In this document: positions 52,631-64,000 of the stretch, in pieces
How the letters are laid out: each line of letters starts with the position of its first letter
Numbering within the stretch: position 1 is the first letter of the stretch
DNA from: Catajapyx aquilonaris
Lineage: Eukaryota
Assembly: GCA_000934665.2 (NCBI GenBank)
Contig: KZ538052.1
Coordinates: forward strand, 62,001 to 126,000
Direction of reading: 5' to 3'
DNA: 64,000 bases
Translations under genes and position numbers: made by a program
Notes under the pieces: generated by a model
What the model saw: only the letters and a program-made list of their open reading frames with translations
Database searches by the model: none
What the model was told of the DNA's origin: nothing

Positions 52631-55514
52631 ACTTCTGGTCGAATGGATACTACATGATGAAACAATACCTTAATTTTGAAAATCAATTGAATTTAGATTA
52701 CATTACCTAATATAACCGCCTAATATTTTAATAACCGGTAGAAATAACTGGTTGAAACACATTTTAGCCTTTGTCGCTCAGTCTCCTTTATATTCCTCTG
52801 CACCTAATCAATACCGCGTTACATAATCTGGCTCTTCCGATCTAATTCGAAGGCTGCAAGCGACATTGACAGAGCGATGGTAAGAATCAGAAAAAAAAAT
52901 AGAGAGATGTAAATTATCATTCTAGAAACTTTGTCTTGGCCCAAGGGCCGTCGAAATACTATTGGTGTGTTTTTCAAGGCTTCTGGCGAAGGTGGGTGGA
53001 TGTATTATTACCGTGATCAGAAGCAACGTCGCAGTTGACATGATCGATCCGGGTAGAAAATGTCTATATTTGGTGGCATTTGTCTGGAAGAACACTTCAA
53101 CCAGTACCCTGCTGAGAGGAAAAGTCCTAGAAACGCTGAACAACAAGTCCAGAGTCAGGAGAACTTCAAATAAATTAAATATGGTTGAATGCAGAGGCTG
53201 CAATAGGTCGGTCCTAACTTTGCACTCGGGTCAAAACTCAATTCAGACTTTCTGGTTATTTAATTACATGGCTGTGTGGTTAGCAGTTTATGTGAAAGAA
53301 CCTGTTGTCCTCACCCAAAGTTGCATGAATTAAATAAATATTATGTAGTTAAATTAACAAATGATTCCCATTGTTGCAAAGCGCAGTCTACATTTGAGAA
53401 GGATCTATGTTGCCATTTGCAAAGACTACTTCCGACGGAGTAGATGAAAGCGTGTTCGTGCCTCTGTGGGTTGGGAACTATTTGGCGCCGGTCGAAGAGA
53501 GTTCTGAGGGTGGTAACCTTGGATGAACTATAGCTTGAAAGGTGACTTCCAAAAGTTTGAGCCTAATGTTTCTGCTGGACTGGTGGGGAGAATGTGCCCA
53601 TCCAGAAAGTCCAGTGAAGTTTCTTCGAAAAACAATGCCTGATGTTGAGTACATCGACCTTGTCCTTTTTCCTTGTTACATTGGCATGTAACATGTCACT
53701 TAATGTGTATACGTATTTTTTCCTCACAAATCAGTACAAAACTGATATAAATGTGACAAAAAAATATCAAGCGCCTAAAAATGCTGACAGTTGTTTACCG
53801 ATCTTGACCAATAGTCTTGCAGATAATATATTTAAAATATGATGGTCCCCTTTCTACAGTACTACACGCATTTCACATATCCTAAAAAGACATCACACTC
53901 GAGGCAAGAGAAAGTGCAAAGCGGGCGTGGTTCAAAATGGCAACATTGCCTGTGGTACTGTATCATGTTTTACAGTGGCAGAGACCTTGAACTTTGGACC
54001 TTCCATCCTTTCAATGACATATGAAAGTGTTCATAATTCGAATGTACTCTGAATATTGCTAAATATTTATACCCTAGCACTGATGGCACAAAAATACGCC
54101 CAAAATATACCGTCGATTAAAACGGACCCAAACCTTCAATAAAACTTACATATTCTTGCATGAACGCACGTTAATAAAATTAATTCCACTGCGGCTAATA
54201 TTACCTATATTTCCGTCGATCGAGTTAGCTCACAACCCTTTCAACCCATTAGAGCGAACTGAGCTCTTTTAGCAATATCTGTTAATCTTCTCACTTCACT
54301 CATCCGAAATTGTGCCGATGGGTGTAGGCTATAGGAAGAGGTTGAGCCTTATTCAAAGTAAATCAACATTAGTCCTGAAATGTACCTGGCCAGGTGGCAC
54401 TGTCATGCGCCGACCTCAGCGCCACCTAGACTTCGCTACCTCCAAAAAAAATGTCAAACAGAGCCATCAGATTTTTGCATGCACGAACTCTCCAGGTGTA
54501 AACAACCTCTTCCTGTACTATATCGACACAGCCTTACTATAAAGCGATGCTTTTGCACAGGAGAACAAGCGAGCTGCACTGCGTAAATCTAATCGACCAT
54601 TGTCGATTCTGTACTCAGGAACCTTTCACTCGCCCACAAAGGCCTATGTTAACAGACCCTGTCTGATCTCACCGCCTTCAATTGACTCTCCCATACCGAA
54701 CCAACACGTAGGAAATGCTTGTGGTTAAGTGCAATTCGAGGTATCCGGACTCCCTAGGGAGTGTCAAGAATTATTAATGGCACCCATCCTTTGCTCCTTG
54801 GACTAGCTCGTAGCAGAGTTCAGGTGGAAACTACCTAAGGCATGTATACAAGATAGACTAAATTATGAAGTTAGTTCCGTTCTTGCCTAATTAGATGTGC
54901 ATCAGGCGCTTCAAAGTTTGTGGAGAGTGTGCCTCCTAATTATTAGATATTGCGAGAACTATCTTGATGTTCTACGATCACTTCAAATCTTAATTGGGCA
55001 ATGAAAACTACATAGGTTTCTATTATCACCACAACAACTCTAGTGTCAACTAATAAGCTTTATTTTAGTGTATTTCAAATACATTTACAATGAGGATGAG
55101 CTGGTTTGAAACCGCTGTAAATCTAGTCGATAAGGATTAGCCTGCATTATGCCGATTTGCTACGCTACACATGTTCTAATTCGTGGTGAATGGAAACACG
55201 ATTTTCAGGCGAAGGATCTATCAACCCGAGAGCTTCACCCACGTTTTTCAAGATAAAATCGCCATTATTTTCACCCCCCCCCCCGGTACTGCTATGTATT
55301 GACAATAAATCCGCGCCCTGATAGTTCCGTTCCAGTTGCTTTGATCACGCTATTGTTTACTATGCTAGATTGCGCAGGATACGGTGGGGGAAATGGTTAA
55401 ATGTTGTAGTGGCACAGATAATTGAGTGGGGTACCAAGTGGTGTACCTGTCTGGCCCTGGGTAGTTTAATAAACATGTAATTTCTATGTAAAATTCGAGT
55501 GTATGTGACAGTTG

Positions 55515-55624
55515 ACATCGTCAGGTTATCCCAATACATCGTCAGGTTATCCCAATACATCGTCAGGTTATCCCAATACATCGTCAGGTTATCCCAATAC
55601 ATCGTCAGGTTATCCCAATACATC
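55515..55624. repeat. 21-bp perfect minisatellite (5.2 copies)
   Basis: Five identical copies of ACATCGTCAGGTTATCCCAAT. Confidence 0.97.
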
Positions 55625-58570
55625 TTCACACAATTTAAACAAATTATCTCCAAACTTGTGGTCATTCAACATCACCAGCTTCGGACCTTTAGTTTGTCGA
55701 AAATAGTAGCCTCGAATTTTAGGACCTCTCGAAACTTCACCATTGTACCCAAGACAAGTGGAGCCTTTCCCAGCATTTTCACTCAACAGTAAAAAAAAGG
55801 GGGGGAGAAGCGGAAAGTGCTGCCAGATTGCCGCCATTTTGTCACTTTCAGTCTGAAAACCCGGTATGCTTAATCCTGATTCGCTTTTAGACCGTTAAAA
55901 CCGCTCTTTCTGGTGACTATTGTCAAATCGCACTTCAGGCAATAAATACTGCCAGTACCTCGTCTAGAACGCATATAGGAAAAAGGCTTTTCTAGAAAAG
56001 GTCTCTTGACAGCACAACGTATTGCAGTTCAAAGGAGGTCACTCGATGTCTATAAAACTTCCAGTAACTATCACATTCAGGTTTTTTTTCTAGTCTGTTT
56101 CCATACTCTGCTCACAGAATATGCCAAACTTTTTTTTCATAGTCATTTACATAACAATACTGGACGGCTATGGTGGAAACTCCATTTCGGGGATTTTTGA
56201 TTTGAAATGTTCCAATTATCCACCATGTATTCTTGCGGAATATTATTTCTATAGAACATTATCGGACCTGAAGCATTTTCGCTTTCCCTTGATGTATACA
56301 GCACTGCAGAGCGGAAGTGTGCTCCGAAAATTAGATTGCGTTTAGAAAAAAAAAAGTATTGAACTTATCGATCTTGCCCTGTAGGCAAGAAGGTTAGTTT
56401 TTGTGTTCATTAAGCTGTAGGGTGTTAACAGTGCCATGTACACTGTACAGTGCTTGGGTACTGTAAAACACCGAGACAGGTATATGTTTACATATCATGA
56501 GCGTTCAAATCCACTTGAAAAAAATTTCATCCTAACTGATGCTAGTGAAAGTAGAAATTCCTGGCTTGCTAGTTCATTATGAATAATTTTTCATACAAAT
56601 GTTGATTAGTTAGCTGTATAAAAAATTCAAACCATCCAAAATTTATAGCGATATGCTTAATTCCCCCCCCCCCNCCCCCCCCCCCCCAAAAAAAAAAAAC
56701 AACTATCAGAATCGTCATGAAACACCCTGTACCAGCATTGCAATCAGCTTTTCCAAATTGTGCAATACCGTCTCATTTTGAAAAACCTAATCCCCCCCTG
56801 AAAGCATTTTCAAGTTTGGTTCGTGATTTATCCACCACCAAATTAAGGGGTTGGCCCTCAACAATATACGTTAACAAAAAAAAGCTCATTTCCAACTATT
56901 ATTTGCCTTTTCCCTGCCCACTCTTCCGTGTGTTTGTTGACGTGCGAATTTCTGACCGCAACTCATACGGGATTAACCCATGTCATCGCCACCATGCATG
57001 TGGCTACAAAGGGGATTTAGTCCCTAGAACAAAGCGTTAGTTGTCGCTGCTCGAAATAATTGTCGTTCGAGCACAAAAGGACCACAGACATTTTCCAATC
57101 GCGGACGTGTCCAATTCCGATGACGTATTTTTAAAGGCGCAGTCAAAAGTCTAGTAACAAAGGACTATAGGATCGATAGAATCACAGAGAGATAAATAGC
57201 CATAAGGTCTGAATCAGGTAACACTCTAGACATGTTCTAAACCTATATTTCACAACGTATGTCCCCTTGTTCTCGATGCAAATCAATACGGAGGCCTCGA
57301 CGTATGCCCTAGGGTGATCATTAGGGGTAGTTTTTAACGGGGAAGGTTTTTAGCACATTGGACTTGACCTCCGAGGTCATCCTTGGCCGCAGGAGGCGAA
57401 AGGGCAGCAAATCAGGAACCCCGGATGTAGCATCGATTCATTGAAAGTATTTCATAACCCGAGTAACGCCGGGTGTCCTGCTAGTGGTGAAATAAATGTA
57501 CTCTTCCACATAATTTGGGTTGCATCATACAAGGATGAAACGCATACGTTTCATCCTTACATGATTCAACCCAAATTAACGGTGATATGTAGTGTCGCCA
57601 GATCGTTCCAAATGTTGCCGTCGATTCATACTGTTGACTTCAATCAAAAAAAACGTTATTTATCTCCCTTAATCATTTGATAAAATCTGATGCGTCTTTC
57701 TTGTGTACTCAGTCGAGCGGACGAAGTGGTTTTCGCCATTTCGCCTCAACCTTCAGCAGGGAAAGGCGGGGAAGAAAAAGAGGGAAAAATGGGAGGGAGG
57801 GAGGTATTACGTGGCAGGAATGGACGTCTCATTTATATTCACACCTACAGCCATTTTAAGAGCGGATGGCGGTGTCAGCAAGAGAGATCCAACAAGTTTT
57901 ACCAAAGTTCAAAGAGTCATTCGCCTTAGCTCCATGGGGACGTCAAGAAAGAAAAAAAAATGCAATAGTTGCACAGCATGAAGTTTTTGGCTTGGAAATG
58001 TAAAAATTAATACAGGACTAAATTAGCTTTTGGAAGCAGATTTTTTTAATATTCAAGTACTAATAAAGTTTGAGAGTGGTACAGTAGCAAGGAAAAGACA
58101 GTCGGGCCTCATGCAAAGTACGTAATATAGAATATTTTCATATTCAGATAATTTTTTACATGAATTTTTTTCCTTATTTGACATATAATGTTGTCACTTC
58201 AATATCCGGGTAAGGAATTTGCACAGTTTCAGCAATAACCTGTCCTGTAGTTAGTTCTTTGAAAATGCATGTTCAAAGCAAGCCTCTCACCTATCGAACT
58301 CCTTTTTCGTCCAATTTCAGTTTCATGTGACAGATCTTTCTTTATTCAACGGTTGATGGAATCCCGCAACTTCTCTTTGATGCCCCGTGTCAAGTACCTG
58401 ATATTAACCGCTTACAAGCTCCTTTTTCCAATATACTGGACTGGATTCAAACATTCCTTTCGAACCAGGCGCCTACCAAATGCCACTTTCCTGCCAATCA
58501 CTATACAAAATGAGACCGATTTTAAAAGCTTCATTATCGATATTAAAATCGAAATGTTGAACATCTAATT

Positions 58571-58603
58571 ATGGTGTCACTCACTCCAGGGGTCGAGTTG
58601 GTG
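58571..58603 (+). repeat. Short dispersed repeat (second copy at 61333-61365)
   Basis: ATGGTGTCACTCACTCCAGGGGTCGAGTTGG vs ATGGTGTCCCTCACTCCAGGGGTCACGTTGG. Confidence 0.65.
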
Positions 58604-60309
58604 TAGGCCTACATATGGCCATAGCCAGATGTAAAGGAGAGGAAAGGGAAAACATGAGGAAAGTGGTGAAGGAGTATGACACACCGAGTGTCTAATAAAT
58701 TGATTTAATAGGCCTATCGATAACATGCGATATATCCTGTTAAATGTTAAAGGCACGATAGACCCCCCCCCCCCGAACAGTACATTTGATCCAGGGCAAT
58801 TGGTCAGACTGTCAAATTTCCCAGCTCACCTCCGCCGTTAATCCAACTCTGTTCATTACCTTTGCAAATCCGCGAGTGAAATGACGCTTGCATTACCCCC
58901 TGCATGACCACCCCTATTCCGCCCCCTCTAGAAATAATTTCACAGGAGCCCCAATTTATGGCTGCCACCACTCCCATAAATTACGATTACTGCATAAGTA
59001 ATCATCTAATCGCATTTCATTGTCGCATATGTCCACACGCCAACTACACCCATAAAGGCATATCCACTTACATATTTTTCAACAACTAGAAAATTTTATT
59101 GTCCCCTGGCCATGGCATAAACAACAACAACAATTCAGAGATGTCAGTCTCCCAAATGTATTGTTCGTAGCAGCTGGAATGAGACTAGAAAAACAAAGTT
59201 CTAACTTATTTTGTATGCACTACCCTCCACCTGACACCCAGGGCTAACCGAGTTAAAGCCTCGCCTAGGGCTTAAACCTTTCGGCCTCATCCATCGGTAA
59301 GTTCAGTTCACTCATGGAGCAACTTCATCCCGATTAATTTCCACGGAGCAATGCACAAATAATGTCCCGGAAAATTGTACGTGACATTATTTCTGTCATC
59401 CACACCAGCCCTCAGGAAATCTACGAAAAAATAGACAGTGGAGTAACATTTAAATACAATTTTTTTACACATACGACGTACACTATTTGTCAAATTAAAG
59501 TTGTTTAAATCAACGAGGACATGTGATGTGAATGGAAGTCATCCATTTGCATTATGTATACATGTTCAATTAACACCTATCCTCAGCCAATACAGATCGA
59601 AACACGCTATTTTCCCAACATGTGTATTTACCTTGTAACTTAACCACACGCGTTCAATTATTCCCAATTATTTCCCGACACGATGACACATGCAGCATCC
59701 ATTACAAACAGAATATGTAATTGTAGGCCATACACCTAGCAAAATTACTGAAAATTCTGGTACCTTTGAACGGTCTCGATGGATAATATGACCTCGTTCA
59801 TGCACTGTAGGTTAATGCAAGCACCCTATATCAACATTCATTAGTTATCACAACATAATTTTTCCCTCCAAACTCATAGGCAATCGGGTCTCTAGCCAGC
59901 AGCCCAAAACGTTTCCCCGCTTTTACACACTCTCTCGTCATAAACCTCATTACCATAGTCCCCACCATCTTCTCCCCGGCACTCCAAATGGAATTTGAGG
60001 AGCCACTAGAGGTCCACATTCCGGGTTCGGTATTGGTGGTTTGCACCTTCCCAAAGTCCCACGTTTTTCGGTCATTCCAACCCCTTCACATCATACTTAA
60101 TTCCTTTTCCCATACTGAAGAGGGCACGTACACACTCCAAAGAATCCTAGGAAGTTAAGGAAATCCCTTATTTGACCCCTGCTACTAAGTAACTGGTAGC
60201 CTTCTACTAGGCTGTATCACGACCGACTACAACTCTAAAAGCCTCTCCACAGGTCCGCCACAATTCACATCCACGCCATCTCCTGGCGTAAATCCGAACT
60301 CGCACAACT

Positions 60310-60650
60310 ATTATGCGATTCACGAGTCCTGGCCTGTTAGGCTCCACCCACCTCCTCCCAACGTCAGCGGCGGAAGAAATCTGGCCTGGAATCCTCGTGA
60401 TTCTCGCGAGTAGGAGCCATTGGTGCGGGGTTCGGTCTCAACAATGGACAGGTGGTTCGACGTATTTCCAGGCCTGGTTGTCCCCCCCCCCCCNNNNNNN
60501 NNNNNNCCACTGCTGACAAGTGCTCTCCCCCATCCTCCTGGCAGGCGTGTGAGGCCATGGCGGACGCGGACGCGGACGTGACAACCTCGCCTTCAGAGGG
60601 CGGAGGACGGGGGAGGAGCCTAACAGGCCAGGACTCGTGAATCGCATAAT
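60310..60650. mobile_element. MITE with 36-bp perfect TIRs and 4-bp TSD (superfamily unassigned)
   Basis: AACT|ATTATGCGATTCACGAGTCCTGGCCTGTTAGGCTCC...GGAGCCTAACAGGCCAGGACTCGTGAATCGCATAAT|AACT; small N gap at 60494-60506. Confidence 0.9.
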
Positions 60651-63600
60651 AACTCCATCTACTGGTGAGATTCACAACCTACAAAATAGGTGCCATACTT
60701 GCTACTTTTCTTAAGTACACGTACTGTACATGCCCTGCACATTTGAATACAAGACTTTTCTCCACCTACGCACACACCAGTCCTTTGTCCTTCGTACCAC
60801 CAGGCAATTACAATGTGCTAGGTCCTGCCTTTCCTAATGAATCCTGCTGCCTGGAGGGCTTAATAGAAAAGGGGACCACCTTTCATCTGGTTCGTCCAGG
60901 GTGAAAATTTTTGTAGGCTGTCTTGTTGAAGGGCTATGGGTTTTCAGAGACGCTCGTCAGCTCGTTGGAAAACGGGGACGCTTTGTTTGACGCCACGAAA
61001 GGCCGTTAGAGGCCGTTATGGCCAGGCGGGAAAAATGAGGCGAAGTGTGTAAAAAAAATCGCCTTTGCGTGCGGAACAAGTGTTCCGGAATGGCTGTGTA
61101 GCGGAAAACCTGAGTGATGGTCGTGTGCTTACCGCACCGTGTCCAGTGAAAATTAATGCCTTTAAAATTTGTGCGCAGATTCAGGTGTACAGGGTGCCAA
61201 CTGCATCTGGTTTTACGCATAATAAACACGAAACACATTTTTTTCGTCAAAAGTATTGAAACCTCACAACAATTAACTTCTCATATTTTGAATTCATAAC
61301 CATTTAATTTTAATTCGTAATACAAATTATCTATGGTGTCCCTCACTCCAGGGGTCACGTTGGGGTTGGAAGAAGGATCGCTGCCACAATATCCTGGCAG
61401 TTAGGCCACCCAACGAGCAAAACAGACAGCTTGGTTGCCTTTCAGAGTCAGGATAAACAAGCAATTTTCGTCTCACCCTGTGCCTTTATTAAGCCATTAT
61501 TTCGGAGTGTTCCCAGCATGAAGGAGAAAAAAAAAGCGGGTGTGTGAACAACAAAATGAGATGACCAAAGTGCCGAAATTGAAGTACGGCCTTTGATCTG
61601 CGTACATATCTGATGAATTTTCTTCCGTAGGGTTAATTGAACAGGTTTGAACGGTTGTGGTATGCAAAGTAAGTGAGGAACAGCATGGCCATGTAAAACA
61701 GCTTGGTGGATGAATTAACCATGAGATTGCGCGACTGGAACTTTGATGGCTTTACCCGATAAACGCAAGGTAAAAGCCTCTCTACTTAAGTTATGCAAAC
61801 GAGCTTAATTAATGCGTGTATTGTAATCATCCGAATGTTGCCTGAAACTTTTTTAGTTTCAGGCAATTTCAGGAATTTGTTAACAAGGTGTCCCCCGATA
61901 TGACATATCAAAAAATTGCTTGCTGTAAACACTGTCTATCATTACAGCACTCATTAGAACCCTTCATCATGTTCGCTTTCAACTCATCATTTGCGAGCGT
62001 CCGGGAACTTCCTGTCCTTAATGGTCTGATTACATAGCCAGAGAAATTCTATAACACATTTCACGAGTGGTTTCTTTCTATTAAACTCTTCGCCACGAGA
62101 AGCCGTTGTTGTGGTTAAAACTCGCCGAAACTATTGTTGCAAAAAATAAAACTATATAACTTCTCCCAATGTTTAAAAAACTCTATGGTGTAGTAATATA
62201 AATTAAATAAATAAATTGCATATGCAAATTCTTATGGTTCAAACTCTAACCCAAGGTTTCACTTTTCCGTAGTCTAGGAATTATTTGGCACGAGTTCCAC
62301 CCAAAATTATTCCTCAGTCCTGGAGCTCCTCATGACTACAAAGTTCTAGAATGGCTTCAAATCGCCTCCTCTTTTTGTGCAAATACGGCAACCAAAGACT
62401 CAGAGGCACGAGCTCCAGATAGTATACAGACTGCCAAGTGTCTTTGATCATTGCCTCACACGCTCTTTTCCACAAAACCGCGCCTGAAATTCTATGGCTT
62501 CTGAAGAAGCCAGACATGTTCAAAGAAAGAGGTCAAAGAACTCCTAGAAGAACCAGCATACACTGTTAACAATTCATCAGTGTTATTACGCATACTATGA
62601 CGCTAAAAAAGATTGTCGCGGGTTATCCTGGCTTGGATGCAACCCATTACACAGCTGTTCCTTTTTGGGGCCATAGTACCCAAAACCTAGAATTTCGCTT
62701 GTTTATTCCTTCGAGCATTACCTGGAGTGCAGAAGTGGGCATAATATTTGTAGCTTAGGTTGCTATAAATAATTCATTGCCTGCTCACCGCTGCCACTTT
62801 GGCGTCGAAGGAGGACAGGCCTTGGAAATAGGGGAGTAGGACCAAAATGCTAGAATGTCAACCCCAGGTCTTTTTCGCCTCCTGTTTCCCATCCCAAGGC
62901 AGAAATTCAATATGGAAATGCCTTCTCGCCAGTAGTTTAGTTCATAATAGCTGAGAGCTTCCTCTAGGCTGCATGCTAAAGGACCTTTGGTTTCGGGATT
63001 ACCCTACCAGGAGGCTTGATTACTGTACAGTCAACACGCATCTCACAGTTTATAGAAATTGTTCTGGAAAGTTGAGATGAAAAGCAGACACATTAAGATT
63101 GCGAACTATATTCGTGTCACGTACTGTCAACCCTACAGGAAATTCACCAATTTTTCATTTGTGAGGACTAGATGGAGTTGGTTGTGCAAGTTGGTAAATT
63201 CGTCAATAGATGGCATGGTAGCGGGCCTGGGTAGATGACACCATTTTTTCGTATCCAGTCGTGTGACGGCCTCATATGCAACCAACACCCTTCATGCCTA
63301 CAAATGCCAAAATCCACCGACACATCGCAACAACGTCATTTGAAATCCTCCCCTTTGCGGAACACCCCGATTCATTAGCGTCCGGACAACCTCGCCCGGA
63401 AACTGAAGCCTGAAAAATGACCATCCGCATACACCGGGTGTCATGTTTTTTTGGGGTGTGGGGAAGCTTGATTTTGAAGTGAAAATCGGTTTGACCACCG
63501 AGAGAAATAACTGGAAAGTCCACAAGAAAATCACTTTCAGTGGAGCCCAATTGGCGCCATCGAAAAACTTCTTTTTCCTTTAGACCAATGGAGTTGCTGT

Positions 63601-64000
63601 CACTGGATGGCTTAGATTGCGTAATAGGGGCATTTGTTTCCCGCTGCGTCAACTTAGTCCTTTACAATGCCTTCAGCTTCCCATCTTTATGGTCCAAACC
63701 CCTTCAAGTAACGCGACCCATTATTACAGCATTACTTGCAAGTGCCACTAAAAGTGCGTCCTGTATCTTTACTGCGAATGACCTTTTTTTAAAAAGATGG
63801 TCGTAATATGCTAATGGAAGTTCTGCTATATGTAGAATGTCGTTGAACATTGCAGATATTACTAGGGCAATGTACCATATATGGCGCTTGTTTCGACATC
63901 GACTATATATAAAGCGATTATGTGAATGTATGATACAATGCTATTTAGCCTGCAGGTTGCGCAGCTTTTGGTGTACATAAAACAACTGCAGTGGCCATGA

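Noticed and set aside
1..64000. Homeobox exons or Hox-cluster miRNAs (miR-10, iab-4, miR-993)
   Set aside because: A by-eye scan found no WFQNRR-coding sequence or mature miRNA match; small exons could still have been missed without alignment tools.

Overview
Eukaryotic (very likely invertebrate animal) genomic DNA that looks intergenic or intronic. I could not identify any intact protein-coding gene, RNA gene or CRISPR array. The listed ORFs are short and most are chance frames or translations of tandem repeats. The only recognisable protein-derived sequence is a frameshifted Ty3/Gypsy (Mag-like) gag remnant (~9528-10900), split by a ~730-bp foldback element. The window is otherwise a patchwork of non-autonomous transposons, several with readable TIRs and target-site duplications: hAT-like (8-bp TSD), Tc1/mariner-like (TA), Sola2-like (GAG...CTC, 4-bp TSD), an unclassified 4-bp-TSD MITE, two Helitron-type copies and a 5'-truncated LINE/SINE tail. 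It also holds several minisatellites and perfect hairpins. The most notable structures are a three-level nested insertion (Helitron > Sola2-like > GT-associated element), a (TTAGG)n-palindrome-(CCTAA)n unit, a minisatellite cassette with fixed ends, and a 22-bp tandem array of CTCF-like motifs. I see no convincing evidence of a new biological system. All alignments were done by eye.
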